Origin: a virus
Lineage: Duplodnaviria > Caudoviricetes
DNA length: 64,000 bases
IMG/VR virus record: IMGVR_UViG_3300029305_004678
Span: 32,001-96,000 of that record
Direction: 5' to 3' (one strand)
Made by a program: the position numbers and the translations under genes. The notes beneath the pieces were generated by a model, which was not told the DNA's origin, did no database searches, and worked only from the letters and a program-made list of their open reading frames with translations. This document shows positions 25,678 through 38,400 of the stretch, piece by piece (positions within the stretch are counted from its first letter, which is position 1; each line of letters opens with the position of its first letter).

Positions 25678-28380
25678 ATGGCTCTCAATATTGATACTAG
25701 CACGAATCTTACTTCTGATGTGTATGGTATAAATGCTTATGTGAATGAGATTAAAAAACGGTTTACACCAGATGTATCTGAAGATACTTTAATGCTTGGT
25801 ATTTTTGGCTATACTGGTCAAATGTTTTCTGATCTCTTGCAGAATAGCATAGTTATGGCATCGGAGTTTTCTAATGAATCCATACCTACAAAAGCAAAGT
25901 TCGAAAAGAATATTATAGCTCATGCTCTTGGGCTTGGTATCACAGATATCAATGCTGTTCCAGCTCAATTAGATGTATTACTGACATTTATTGAGGATGA
26001 TATCGTTACATGGTTCAATAGTGGAAAATCTAGAGCTAATATAGATGGATCGTGGACATTTATTTTTGATAAAGATACGCCCATTTATATAGGAGATTAT
26101 TGCTTCCATGTGGATTATGATATAGAAATAAGAAAAATCAGATTGAACAATTCTGGATCTGAAAACAAATATGCATATACAGCAAGATATTTAATCGGAG
26201 ATAAAGATAATCCTGATAATCCTATATCTGGAGTCACTAATCCTTATTTAACATCTCCTGTTAGTATGAAAGTAAATGGAATGAATATCATATTTACTAA
26301 ATGCACACTCCATCAGGTAGAGAAAAAGACTATCTATAAAACTGTGTTGAGTGATAACTCTATAGCATCTAAGGTAGTTTCTTTTACTTTCGATGGCCAG
26401 CTTGCTGCATTTGATATCGATGTTACGGAAGGTAATACTACTACACATTTAATTCCTATTTATGATGGATTAAATGTAGAAAATACAAAATATCCGTATT
26501 TCTATTATAATTATATGGATTCAAATACAATAAGAATCAAGTTCGATAGAACTTCTTATGCCCCTAGAATAAATAGTGAGGTAAAAATCAATCTACAGTT
26601 AACCTCTGGAGAATCTGGCAATTTCACATTTGATCCGGACATATATCCTGGATTTTCTTTCGAATCTGAGAGATTCGGATATAGTAATATAGGTTGTGAA
26701 ATTAGACCTGTTACTGGAGAATCTGCTTATGGATCTGATAAGAAATCTATTGAAAAACTTAAATCTCTAATTCCTAAAGAGGCTACATCTAGAGGAAGTA
26801 TTACAAACTTTAATGATCTTCAAAATTTCTTTAATATGATAGATACAGATGATTCGAAACTTTATTTCTATAAAAAGAGAGATAATGCCCTAGAACGTCT
26901 ATACTATTCTTTCATAGTGATGAGAGATCAGATGAATGTAATAGTTCCTACAAATACTATAGATATAAAGGTTTATCCATCCTCTCTTAAATCTGAAGAT
27001 GGAAGTAATAAGCTAATATTTGGTAGAGATCTTGCTATTAAACTTCTTGGCGATAATACTGGAGAGGTTATTCCAATTAGTGAAATTCAAGATGCTGATT
27101 ATTCTAATACTTTCTATTATAGAATTCCTTATAACTTTGCTATATGCAAAGATCCTTTATACGGCATGTACTATCTTAGCTGTATGGATACAAAGAAATT
27201 CTTAGACTTCTCATATATAAATGATCAGTGTGTATATCAATTCATTGCAACCAATATTTCTTGGTCTAGAAACTATATAACTGATCCCGATAGTTATTAT
27301 ATGAATATTTCCCTTGAGCAGAATATAGATGATGACTTCAGTGTTATTCATACTGATACTGATGGGAATACTATAGTAGATATCAGGTGTATTGCTGTTA
27401 TGTATGATGAGGAAGATAATCCTCATAGATGGGCAGAAGGAACTCTAAAGAATTTTGATAAAGCTGCAAATATATTCTCTTTCGAGTTCAAATTCACTTC
27501 TGAAGATTATATAGATACTAAAAATAGAATAAAAATTGATACCGGATTGTATGATCTTGGTAGCAATAATGAGAGTTATGCACATTTGCAGGGTAATACA
27601 AAGTGTGTAATTCATATTCTCTCTAAGCAGAATAATGTAGTCAATGATGATTCTTTCAATGCATTGAAACAAATTATTCCTAATATAGAAGATTTAACCC
27701 TGTCTAATAGCTACAATGTCGTGGATGGACTAGACTTCTTCCATGATTATTCTGAAATTGTATCCTCTACGGTAGTAGTAGATACAAAGCTGGAGGAGAA
27801 TGAAGATGGTACTAAAACCCCTGTATTCGATGGATATACGATAAAACAAGTACCTGTTGTAAAACATGATTATTTCACAGATGATGATACCGCTATATAT
27901 TTCTTTAAGGAATTGATAAAGCGGAAGAATTATATAGATTATGCTATTCAAATCCTTGAAGATGCATTTGGAATGGACTTCAAGTTCTTCAATACTTATG
28001 GTCCTTCTAGACTATTTGCACTTGATGAAAGCGAAAATCCCGAGCTTCTAAATAGTACTTCTGTAAGCCTTGCATTTAAGCTCAAGCTTAAGAAGAACTA
28101 TGATACAAATATAATAAATGATATAGTACAAGATATCAAAGCATATATAGAAGATATTAATGAAATAACTTCTCTTCATATGCCTAATCTTGTTACAGAT
28201 ATCACTACTAAATATCAAGAATCTATTGTATATTTTGAGTTTGTTGATATGAATGGATATGGCCCCGGTGTACAACATCTATATGCTTTAACTATGCCTA
28301 GTGAGGTTATTACTCCAGAATTCCTCAATATAGCATCCTTAGCAGATGGAACACCGAGCATCCTGATAAATATGATGTAG
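25678..28380 (+). CDS. Baseplate wedge protein (T4 gp6 / J-like)
   Basis: TSGESGN, YGSDKKSIEKLK..RGSITNFNDL; 900 aa. Confidence 0.7.
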   Translation: MALNIDTSTNLTSDVYGINAYVNEIKKRFTPDVSEDTLMLGIFGYTGQMFSDLLQNSIVMASEFSNESIPTKAKFEKNIIAHALGLGITDINAVPAQLDVLLTFIEDDIVTWFNSGKSRANIDGSWTFIFDKDTPIYIGDYCFHVDYDIEIRKIRLNNSGSENKYAYTARYLIGDKDNPDNPISGVTNPYLTSPVSMKVNGMNIIFTKCTLHQVEKKTIYKTVLSDNSIASKVVSFTFDGQLAAFDIDVTEGNTTTHLIPIYDGLNVENTKYPYFYYNYMDSNTIRIKFDRTSYAPRINSEVKINLQLTSGESGNFTFDPDIYPGFSFESERFGYSNIGCEIRPVTGESAYGSDKKSIEKLKSLIPKEATSRGSITNFNDLQNFFNMIDTDDSKLYFYKKRDNALERLYYSFIVMRDQMNVIVPTNTIDIKVYPSSLKSEDGSNKLIFGRDLAIKLLGDNTGEVIPISEIQDADYSNTFYYRIPYNFAICKDPLYGMYYLSCMDTKKFLDFSYINDQCVYQFIATNISWSRNYITDPDSYYMNISLEQNIDDDFSVIHTDTDGNTIVDIRCIAVMYDEEDNPHRWAEGTLKNFDKAANIFSFEFKFTSEDYIDTKNRIKIDTGLYDLGSNNESYAHLQGNTKCVIHILSKQNNVVNDDSFNALKQIIPNIEDLTLSNSYNVVDGLDFFHDYSEIVSSTVVVDTKLEENEDGTKTPVFDGYTIKQVPVVKHDYFTDDDTAIYFFKELIKRKNYIDYAIQILEDAFGMDFKFFNTYGPSRLFALDESENPELLNSTSVSLAFKLKLKKNYDTNIINDIVQDIKAYIEDINEITSLHMPNLVTDITTKYQESIVYFEFVDMNGYGPGVQHLYALTMPSEVITPEFLNIASLADGTPSILINMM

Positions 28381-28420
28381 AACATTAAAATAAATGAAAA
28401 TTAAGGAGGATCCAACTATT

Positions 28421-29365
28421 ATGAGTATGGAAAACGTTACTCTTTCGGATAGGGCAAAAAGATCTGCAAATGCATTCTTTGAGGCACTCGATGCCCATAT
28501 TAATGATAGAGCAAATAGTAATAAGCCCGAGACCGTAGAGACTTATACCGAAGATCATAAGATTTTTATCGAAAACCATCTTGCTAGTAAGAGACTCGCA
28601 GATAGATATAATTCTTTCACAGAAAGTGTAAGAAATATCTTGCTCACAGAAGCTTTGTATAAGATGTTTAGCGAAAGCGTGAATTCTGATATTGTTGCTG
28701 ATAAGGCTAATGCATCTGTTATGCGTTCTATTGTAATCGAGTATGTGAACGAAAATGGTTTCTACAAGATTACGGATACAATGAAGACCGCTTCTGTAGC
28801 AATGTCTGAGTTGTCTCAGATTATCACCAAGCATGCTAAGACTATTATCGAAGCTGCTGATAAGGATGATCCTGATACTTTTGTAATTAAGCCTGAGATG
28901 AAGGACTCTTTCTTCAATGCTCTTGATTATAGTAATACTGAAGAAATTACTGCTGCTATCCATGATCGCGTTTCTACTGCAATGCAGGATTTTGTTACAG
29001 CCAATACAAAGGATCATGAAGATATTACAGCTACTCTTCAGCAGGCTCAGGAAAAGATTGCTGAAGTTCCTGAAGAAGATGTTGAACTTAAGGAACACTA
29101 TGAGATGCGTGCTAAGCAGGAAATTGCTAAGATTCGTCGTGCTCCTAAGAGCATTCTCCATCATATGGTTACTTCTATGTGTGAGAGTGTTGTTAAGCAT
29201 CCCGATAGCCATGCAGAGTTTATGAACGAAGATCATCTTAATATGGATAAGATTGTTACTCGTACAACTCTTCTGTATACTTTCGTTGAGATGTTGAATA
29301 CTGCTCGTATTGAGAAGATTGATGAAGCTTTCTTAGAGAGCTTGATTATGGATCTCAAGAAATAA
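28421..29365 (+). CDS. Putative head/virion protein
   Basis: TAAGGAGG RBS before ATG 28421; late promoter at 28381; FTES/IIEA/MCES sites. Confidence 0.55.
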   Translation: MSMENVTLSDRAKRSANAFFEALDAHINDRANSNKPETVETYTEDHKIFIENHLASKRLADRYNSFTESVRNILLTEALYKMFSESVNSDIVADKANASVMRSIVIEYVNENGFYKITDTMKTASVAMSELSQIITKHAKTIIEAADKDDPDTFVIKPEMKDSFFNALDYSNTEEITAAIHDRVSTAMQDFVTANTKDHEDITATLQQAQEKIAEVPEEDVELKEHYEMRAKQEIAKIRRAPKSILHHMVTSMCESVVKHPDSHAEFMNEDHLNMDKIVTRTTLLYTFVEMLNTARIEKIDEAFLESLIMDLKK

Positions 29366-29372
29366 AAATACA

Positions 29373-29400
29373 TCCCCGTAGACATTATAGTCTACGGGGA
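29373..29400. terminator. Bidirectional terminator
   Basis: tccccgtagac/gtctacgggga. Confidence 0.8.
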
Positions 29401-29406
29401 TTTTCG

Positions 29407-29838
29407 TTATAATTTAAAGATGACAATATTGTCAGCAATACAGGTTACATGACACAGGTTAGATAAGCGCTGATTGTTCACTATCAGATTCTCTATTACC
29501 TGTGTTGCATTTTGAACACCTGTTGAAGAAAGCGTGTTAACCAATTCAGATCTATGATTAGCGATATAACCAGAAAAGATCTGAGGAGTAATTTGATAAT
29601 AGAAGTCAGGATTCTGCCGGAATCCATGGAATTTTCTCATTCCAGTCTTCTTAATACGAATATATATAGCAAACTCATTAGGAACAAATTCAATATTCAA
29701 CACATCTAAATGGCTAGCAATACGGTTCTGTAGTTCTGTCAGATAAATAGGATTGCAGTATAGAGTTGTGTGAAGAGCTGTTCTAATGGTATTTACATCA
29801 GCCAGATCTGTCTTATAATGATGATCTTGCAAGTACAT
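29407..29838 (-). CDS. Hypothetical protein
   Basis: 143-aa ORF with GGAG RBS. Confidence 0.7.
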   Translation of the reverse strand: MYLQDHHYKTDLADVNTIRTALHTTLYCNPIYLTELQNRIASHLDVLNIEFVPNEFAIYIRIKKTGMRKFHGFRQNPDFYYQITPQIFSGYIANHRSELVNTLSSTGVQNATQVIENLIVNNQRLSNLCHVTCIADNIVIFKL

Positions 29839-29855
29839 AATAATTCAACTCCAGT

Positions 29856-30572
29856 TCATTTGAAATATTGTACATTATAGGATTCATCATAATCGACTCT
29901 TTTTGTTATTGCACTGTATTGATGTCTGTTATAAAGCATATTTAAATATCGTATTCTTATTTCAACTCTAGGCAAGACAGAATAATATCTATGTATAGAT
30001 CCATCTATAACCATAATATCATCTAGCCATACATTAGAGTTAAACATATCGCTGTATTTTTTACCAATATTGTCCCAGTCTGGCTTGGTAATAGGTCTAT
30101 GTAGGCCTATCTCAGCTAGTATTGTATCTTCTTTATTAAATGCAGATGGAGTCTTAAAGTATGCATCTATATCTACAATACATGGTGTACATATCATTTG
30201 ATCTAGAGCATTAAAATCTTCTTGACTCATTAATCTTCTCATAAACTGGTTATCTTCCTTACCTGTTAATGAATATACATGAACAAAATTAGGATTAGAT
30301 AATGCCATATTTGAGAGATTTCTTCTATTTACTATTCTAAATCGTGGCCGAGGTGAACCCTCTGGGACTTCAAATAAAACAATTTTGGTGTCATGGAATC
30401 TAAGTGAATCCATCATTAAGTCTCGTTTGTTAAGTATATTAAATGCCTGTTCATCTGAGATATGAAGAGTATCATAAAGCCAACTTAGTCGCTGTTCGAA
30501 ATCAATAGGTATATCACCGAATTTCTCTTCATATTCATCATGTTTTTGTCTTCTAGTTTTTCGAGCTTTCAT
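29856..30572 (-). CDS. rusA: RusA-family Holliday junction resolvase
   Basis: PEGSPRPRF, TKPDWDNIGKKYSDMFN..VWLDD, PRVEIRI. Confidence 0.85.
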   Translation of the reverse strand: MKARKTRRQKHDEYEEKFGDIPIDFEQRLSWLYDTLHISDEQAFNILNKRDLMMDSLRFHDTKIVLFEVPEGSPRPRFRIVNRRNLSNMALSNPNFVHVYSLTGKEDNQFMRRLMSQEDFNALDQMICTPCIVDIDAYFKTPSAFNKEDTILAEIGLHRPITKPDWDNIGKKYSDMFNSNVWLDDIMVIDGSIHRYYSVLPRVEIRIRYLNMLYNRHQYSAITKRVDYDESYNVQYFK

Positions 30573-30661
30573 CTCAAAACACCATCTTTTATTGGAATGA
30601 GGATGTAGGACACCGCCTACATCCTCATTGATATGTTTTAACTTTAGTAAAACTCGAAAAA

Positions 30662-32335
30662 CTATCTGAATATATTCATTATTCCATTCTGGACTTTTTC
30701 TTGAATCTTTCCCCATATATCTAATTTGAAGAAGTCATCCACTCTATTTTCGAAATTGTTAACAAACCACATTTCGATTATACGAGAAATTTCAGGCTTA
30801 AATATATTTACACCACAAAGATTTGCAATATAATCCATAAGTGCTGTATTATTTAATGTATCATATTTAAGGCTTTCGCTAGAAGTAATAGCAAGCATAT
30901 TATATAGATCTTTAATAGTTAAGCTTACATCTACAGATGTAGGAAGTCCATCTGGTGTCCACCTGCATTCATCACCTTTACTTATAGTCAAGTCTGTAAT
31001 AATACCCATGTCTATGTTAAAGTGGCCCTTATAGATAGCACGAACTAAGAAAGGATTCGTATATCCATTAGGATTACTTAAAATAGTCTGAGGGCCTACC
31101 AGACTCAATATATGGAATAAAGGTACTAGAATATTTAAGTAAATACTTAGTTTAGATGGATCTGGCGATACTAATTTAATATTGACACTATACTGTCGAG
31201 AAAACTGAGAGTCTGCCCATATTTCAGGAAATACTAATTTACCGCCAGAAGCAACTGTAGCAATATGAGTAGCCAAATTACTAAAGAAACTTCCAGTTCC
31301 CAATATTTGCTTTATAGTATCATTTATATTTTCTATATTTGCTGCAACTTCTGCATCATTATTTATTAATTCTATTGCTCCAGTACCAGATTGTGTATAT
31401 CCTAACAGAAAGTTCAACTCTCTACCCATATCAGATATACCATTCACAGATGATGCTAGCATAGATTGCGTAACACTATTACTCCAGCTTTCAGAAATCT
31501 GTGTTTCGGTGTTTATATAAAAAGGTACAGAAGTATAAGTGCCAAAATCACCAATAGATTTGATACCAGATTTTGTATACTCTTCCCAGTTCATATTATC
31601 TAAATAGACTCCATCTATCTTTATATCTTGGATATTAAGAAATCTAGCAGCTATACGACACATAGGATTAACGAATTTATAGTATTTTACAGAATCATAT
31701 TCAAATGTGTAATATCTACCATTTTTATCTATAAGATCATCTATAGAAGTAGAATTAGTACTCACACCAGTACTCAATATTCTTTCAAGTATAGACTCTT
31801 TATCCTTTTTAGAATATTTTGTCATAAAACTTGCTTTACCTGGTGCAAGAAATAGAAGGGGTATTCTAGATATTATTTTATCAGCATATTCGTATCCTAT
31901 ATCTTGAGAATTACTAGATCCATATAATCTTGGATCTGCATTTGGTAAAAATTGATATGGGAGTCCCATTACTCCAGATACATTCTTTATTTTAGAAAAT
32001 TCGGAATCTGTAATTATTTGATTAGTATTTTCCTCTAGTATATGCTCTATAATTGGCTGATATCCATAGCTTTCACTATCTCCAGCATTAGATGTAGTTG
32101 TATTAATATCTATTTTTTTCTTAGATATATGCATATATTGATAACCACTAGACTCAGCACAAGTCCAACCATATTCATGCTCTATCCAAGTAGTACCATA
32201 TGTATTAGACTGTCTAGATACTTCTACTATTTCATCAGAATATCGTATATAACCTCTAATTTCGGCATATGTATCAGGATTGGAACGTATTGCCAGTTCC
32301 GATACGTCACAAGCCCAAATATCTCCAGTTGCCAT
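30662..32335 (-). CDS. Baseplate / tail-tube-initiator-like structural protein
   Basis: Directly after the TMP; FPEIWADSQFSRQY, GLPTSVDVSLTIKDL. Confidence 0.55.
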   Translation of the reverse strand: MATGDIWACDVSELAIRSNPDTYAEIRGYIRYSDEIVEVSRQSNTYGTTWIEHEYGWTCAESSGYQYMHISKKKIDINTTTSNAGDSESYGYQPIIEHILEENTNQIITDSEFSKIKNVSGVMGLPYQFLPNADPRLYGSSNSQDIGYEYADKIISRIPLLFLAPGKASFMTKYSKKDKESILERILSTGVSTNSTSIDDLIDKNGRYYTFEYDSVKYYKFVNPMCRIAARFLNIQDIKIDGVYLDNMNWEEYTKSGIKSIGDFGTYTSVPFYINTETQISESWSNSVTQSMLASSVNGISDMGRELNFLLGYTQSGTGAIELINNDAEVAANIENINDTIKQILGTGSFFSNLATHIATVASGGKLVFPEIWADSQFSRQYSVNIKLVSPDPSKLSIYLNILVPLFHILSLVGPQTILSNPNGYTNPFLVRAIYKGHFNIDMGIITDLTISKGDECRWTPDGLPTSVDVSLTIKDLYNMLAITSSESLKYDTLNNTALMDYIANLCGVNIFKPEISRIIEMWFVNNFENRVDDFFKLDIWGKIQEKVQNGIMNIFR

Positions 32336-32415
32336 AATATATACAACCTCCTTAAAGAGACTATTTTTAATATATTGTTGGAAGGGTCAAAATAACCCTT
32401 CCAACAACATTTAGT

Positions 32416-35400
32416 TTACTCTCTTGCAATAGCTTTAAGAGCGTCGAGTACATATTGAGTATCTCTATTATTTAGCATATTAGTCATATTGGCAGCTCCA
32501 CCCGAATTCTTTATAGCCTGATTTAATGCCTCTTGAGCACGAACTCTAGAGTTTGCAGATTTGGCAATCTGAGATTTATCTATATCGAGATTGAAGTTCT
32601 TAGACAATATTTCTAATATAGCATTCAGCAGTGTCGTATTATCAGAAATCTGCAGTAATACCGTTATAATAGTCTGCAAGAATGTCTCATAATCTACACC
32701 AGTATTATTCATACTACTAGATCCATTAGCATGAGCAATATTTACAGTTCTGGTAACTCCATCGGCATATGCGCTATTTGCATTAAGTGCCTTAGTAGCA
32801 CCACCAGTATGTCTATAGCCACCAGATCTAGACAGTATTCTAGCATCACCAACTGTTCTCTTATTACCTGCTCTGCCTCTAGCTTCAAAGGTATTTGATC
32901 TAGTTGCATCGAGATATGCTCTATAAGTAGAATAGTCAGAAGGATTTCCAGATACTATACCACTAGGAACACTGTACTCAACAGTATTACCCTCACTATC
33001 TAGGACAGATGTGGTATAATTCATATTAGGATTAATAGTAGCTGTTTTGTATTTATCATACCATTCTTTACTGAACTTACGACGATCGTCCCAATTCTTA
33101 ACTTTAGGATTCTCGAAATCTCTTAGAACTGTATCACTTGCAACATTATAATCTGCAGTGGTTTTCAAGATATTCGCTATTGCAGGGAAGTTCTTATCGA
33201 GTTCATTGGTAAGAGAATATAGCTGTCCACCCAGGTCTCCAATACTTATACCCTGTTCAACAGTATCCCTATATAGATTCCTCTTAAGACTATGATGTGT
33301 CCACTGAGCCAAGCCATATCCAGCTTTATCATTTATAAAGGAATCTTTACTATAAGTCTTCTTATTTACAGCATCAGTATAAGAATCATCAGTATGACCA
33401 AGTTTCACCTCATAACTATTTTGCAAGTTATTAGGTCTTAAGGAAGACTCTGCATGAAGATTTCCCATAAGGCCTGCAGCACCAGCAGCAGTATATCCAT
33501 GATTTCTTAAGTAATTCCAGATCTTTTCAGAAACTGTATTACCTATAAGAGCAGGACCACTACCAACGGTTTCATCTTCATAAATTTGATTAAGTTCATT
33601 AGATGTGTCGGTTTTACCAAACATCATTTGATAGGTATCTTCACCATACATTGCTTTAAAGACGCTGTTAGCAAGATTACCTATTTTTGTAAATATGGTT
33701 CCATCTGTAGAACTAGATGTTGTTCCATCATATATTCCACTCACATATTCCGTATCATCAGCAGATCCTCCTACGAATGCAGAATACTTATCTCCAGTCA
33801 TAGGTCCACCATTTGTTGCAATATGTTTGTAATCAGAGGTATCACCATATTTGCTCATATCAACAACTGTAGTATCATCATACTCATATGGATAATCTAT
33901 ATGACAGAATCCGATGACATTTTTAATATTACGAGTCTTTCTGGCAACTCTGTCACCAGTATTACCCTCAATAGTATAAATTTTGTCTCCTTTAACAGAT
34001 TCTACGATACCAGTATGCTGTTCTATACCACAGTTATCCCAGTCGAACATGACGATATCGCCAGGTTTGGGATTACTCTTATTGTATTTTCCCTTCTGTT
34101 TATAGTATTTTGCGCAATCGCTACATGCAACTGCCTTTCCGCCATTCATAAACAGAGAGGATGCACCTGCCTGATTGAACACCCACCATACAAATACACA
34201 GCACCACTGATAATAATCTTGACTATTATTATAGGTTTTGCTAGTACCGAGGTTATGCTCAGTCCAGTATGCATTATTATATTTTACTACATTAGGCTGA
34301 TGTTCCTTTACACCAATCTGGCTTCTAGCAACATTTAGGACAGCCTGAGCTCCGAGCTTCGTTCCACGTCCATAAAGAACGCGTCTCATTCCTCTCTTAG
34401 CTTTAGACTTTCCGCCTATAGAACTAGCTCTACGATTTATCTTCCTACCAGCATCTCCGGTGATAACAGAAGATATCATAGATTTCATTAAGGTATTGGG
34501 TTTATAGTATACTCTATTATCGGGAAGATCAGGATCTTCAACGATAATATCACCATTAGGTGCAACGCCAGTAGCAGTAACAAAGTGAGGATTAGTTCCA
34601 TAAGGAGCCTTCTTACTGTTATGCGAATCCTGACCAAGTAATATAACCTGTCTACCAGATCTTATAGCATCCAGAGCGGTTTTCTTATTACTAGTATTAG
34701 TGGTAGAAATACCCTTAGATGCTAGATAGCTATTAAAGTAGCTAATATCAGTTCCTTCTCGACCAATATAATTTCCTCTTTCTGCAAATCTTACAGCATC
34801 TGCGAGGTTAGATCCAGAAGTTCCCATATTATTTATGAGATTCGTAGCAGCAACGGGTGCGCATCCAGAATCTCCTATTGTACTATTACCGTACTTAACA
34901 TTTGCTATTGCACTATTGGATTGATATAAGTGCTCTCCATTTCCATTAGTTTTGTTTCTACCACTACCGGCAGATCTAGAACCACCAGAATTGGAGTTAC
35001 CTCCACCAAATAAACCAGTGAACCATTCCCATGCATCTACGAATCCACTAGAGATTTTATTAAATGCACTTTGAATTAGAACAATTGGTGCATTAAATAG
35101 TCTTTGGATAAATCCGACCGCTTTACCAATACCACTAAGAGGATTACTATCATCAGCTGTAATAGTCCAATATTTCTTATCAAATACAGATATATTTCCA
35201 GCCTTTGCCTCTAATATGATATTATCAGTCTCTTTTCCAATATCTCCGCAATCTATCATATCTAAGAAAGCATTCTTTACCTTTGTGCCTACCCATCCCA
35301 TCATAGCAGAAGGTGCGTTCATTACTCTAATAACAGTACCAAATACATCTCCAAGTATAGCCAAAGGATTATCTGTAGACTTGCTATCAGACCCCCAATA

Positions 35401-38400
35401 TTGCTTACTGAAAATGGTGTACTTACCAGCTTTGACCGCATTTATGTCGGATGTAGCATCAAGAGTGCCTTCTCGCACAGCTTTGATATAATTTGTAAAT
35501 GTTTCTCTTATCTTTGATCCAACATATCCCATCATAGCATTGGGAATATTCAGAACTTTATTGACTGTAGAGAAAATTGTTCCTAAGGTACTAAGAGGAT
35601 TCTCGTTATCTTTATTCTTCTTATTATCATCAGATTCAGACTTCCAATATTTTTTATCGAATACTGTATATTTACCAGCTCTGACATCTTTAATAACTTT
35701 AGAGGAATCGCTATAACCGCCTTTAATGCCTTCTGTTATAGCGCTAAATCCATTCTCTTTTATATCTGCAGTTACAGACTGTATTCCAGATTTAACATAG
35801 TCTATTGCTCCACTTACAGTCTGACCTATTTTGGAGTTCTTTGCATTCTCTATAAGATTACTTGCACCGGTTTTAACGCTATTCCAAGTATTCCCAGCCC
35901 ATTCCTTGGTAGCGTTCCAAGCATTACTTGCACCGGTTTTAACCTTATCTACAGCACTATTCCAAGCATTACTTACTCCAGTTTTAACCTTGTCCAAACC
36001 AGAGCTTATAGCTTTCTTAGCCTTTGTAGTCCATTTATCCTTATTATTAAAATCTTCAAGGTTAGTATAGGTTTCTTCTGGATGTTCCTTGTTCCATTCA
36101 TCGAGAATATTATCTGCACGATCCCGAGCCTCTTTCAAGGATGTAACATCCAATCCGAAAATTGGGAACAATACATCTACAAATATATCTATAATGACAT
36201 CTGTAGGAACCAAACCGAGAAGGAAAGCATTGTTTAAAGTATGCACCAAACCACAAATACATTTCTGGCCAATACCTATCTGATATTCATCTCCCTTGGC
36301 AATACCAAGAAGAGTATCAGCATTATTGTAACCCCATATAAAGTCTGCTACATACATTGCAATATTTAAGAACGGTACGAATTTAGCAGCAGCAGATGCA
36401 ATCTTGGTTAATGCCTTACTAGCAACCTTACCAAGTGCAGAACTAGCTACCTTTTCACCAAGTTCTTTAATAGTTTTCTTAATAATACCCTCGGAAACAT
36501 CACTCTTAGCAGCTTTCTTAAAGAAGCCGAGTATAGTACTATTCTCGGCAAGTTCAGCAAAGAAATTCTTTAGCTTAGATGTAATCTTTCCTATTAAACC
36601 CTTAGCATCATCAACAGCTCCAGTAACCTTTTTAACTACTGAATTATTTTTGACAGCATCCTTAGCTTTACCAACAGCAGTGGTTACTTTTTGCCCAGCT
36701 TTAGAGTCTGTTATCTTCTTACCAATATCGGTTAATTTACTCTTTGCTTTAGAAGAAATAGTAGGAGCTTTTACCACACTATCTGTAGCATCAATAGCCT
36801 TATTCAATAAAGACTCATTAGCTTCAGCGCTTAGCTTAGCCCCATCAATTCCTTCAAGTATATCATCAATACCTGCCGCACCATTCCATTTAATGCTCTT
36901 AGCCATCTTCTTAGCAGCCTTATTAGCCTTTTTACCAGTAAGACCCTGTGCTTCGACAGCAGCATTAATAAATTCATTCGTTGTTTTAGATCTATTACCA
37001 AGAATATTTCCAATCTTACTATTACTGAATTTATTCTTAGCATTTGTAATAGAACTTACTATCTTATTATTTGTAAATTTATTTTTTGTGGCTTTAGCGA
37101 TATCATCAATCTTGCTTGATATCTTACTCCTTACATTAGGATTCGAACCCATCAATGCTTCAGTAAGATTAGATGTAGATGTTCCGATAATTTCGGCTGC
37201 TTCATCTGTTAAAGAACTGGTATCAAGATTCATAATTACGTCATTTATTCCATCAACCCCTCTGATAGATACCTGACTAACTATCTGATCTTTTAGTTCT
37301 TTAGCAGCACTTCCAGTTAATCCAGATGCAGATACAACAGTGTCTGCATAATTTCTAATATCTGTTGCTCTATTAAGCATGGCATTTATACTAGCACCAG
37401 CTCCATGAGCAGCACCAGCAGCCTTGCCAGTAGCCTTAACTCCAGTTCCAAATATCTTCTTACCTACACCAAATATACCCTTACCACCCTTAGTAGAAAC
37501 ATTTGCCATCTTGTTAAGCAATTTATTTTTATTTCTACCAAGCAATCCATATGTGAAAGATCTACCAGTTGCATCCAATATCTTACTTCCAGCAGAATCA
37601 ACTGTATTCATGCGGTCATAAGATCTAAGAGCAATATTTCCATTCTCGTCATAGACCACGGTGTTGGTACTTTCTTTAGCTCCAAGCAGTCCAGATAATC
37701 CGCCAGCATTCTTATACATCAGATCTGTAGAAGTTTTGTTAAGATGATTTCCATCTTTATCATAGGTATCTTCTGCAGCAATGAAATTAGAATCTGTTAA
37801 ACTATTTATATCTATAGAGCTAGAGGCTGCTCCATAAACACTACTTGCTGTATTAGAGCTATATATTTTACTTATATTACTATCTAATCCAACATTTGTT
37901 TTTATTGCAGCAGCTGTACTATCTTCCAACTTCTTAAATTCAGAATTATCAGAAGTTACAGTATATCCGTCTCTAGAAATTTTTGCACTAGGAAATACAG
38001 CCGCTTTTATACCATTAAGAAGCGCTTTACCTAGAGAGCCGACCATACTCGGGAAATTCTTAATAAGTAGTGCAACAAGAGGAGTAACTATGTGATTCAT
38101 AGCCAATCCAAAACCGCCTATAAGATTAGGTACAACCTTAGATCCAATAAACTCATAAAGTTTACCACTCTTAAGCCAACCTAATAAGCCACCGGTTGGA
38201 TTATCCCAGCTCCCATTATCACCAAATAGCAAAGACTTACCGCCATTAATTAATTTGGCAACCAATCCGGGATTCTGAGGAGTTCCGTCACCGTGGATAA
38301 TATCATTAAATTTATTAGCCAGACCACTTAAAAGACCACCTGAATATTTACCATCATCATTTGTTTTTCCAAACATAGCAGTCTTGAGGGTAGGCCAAAC

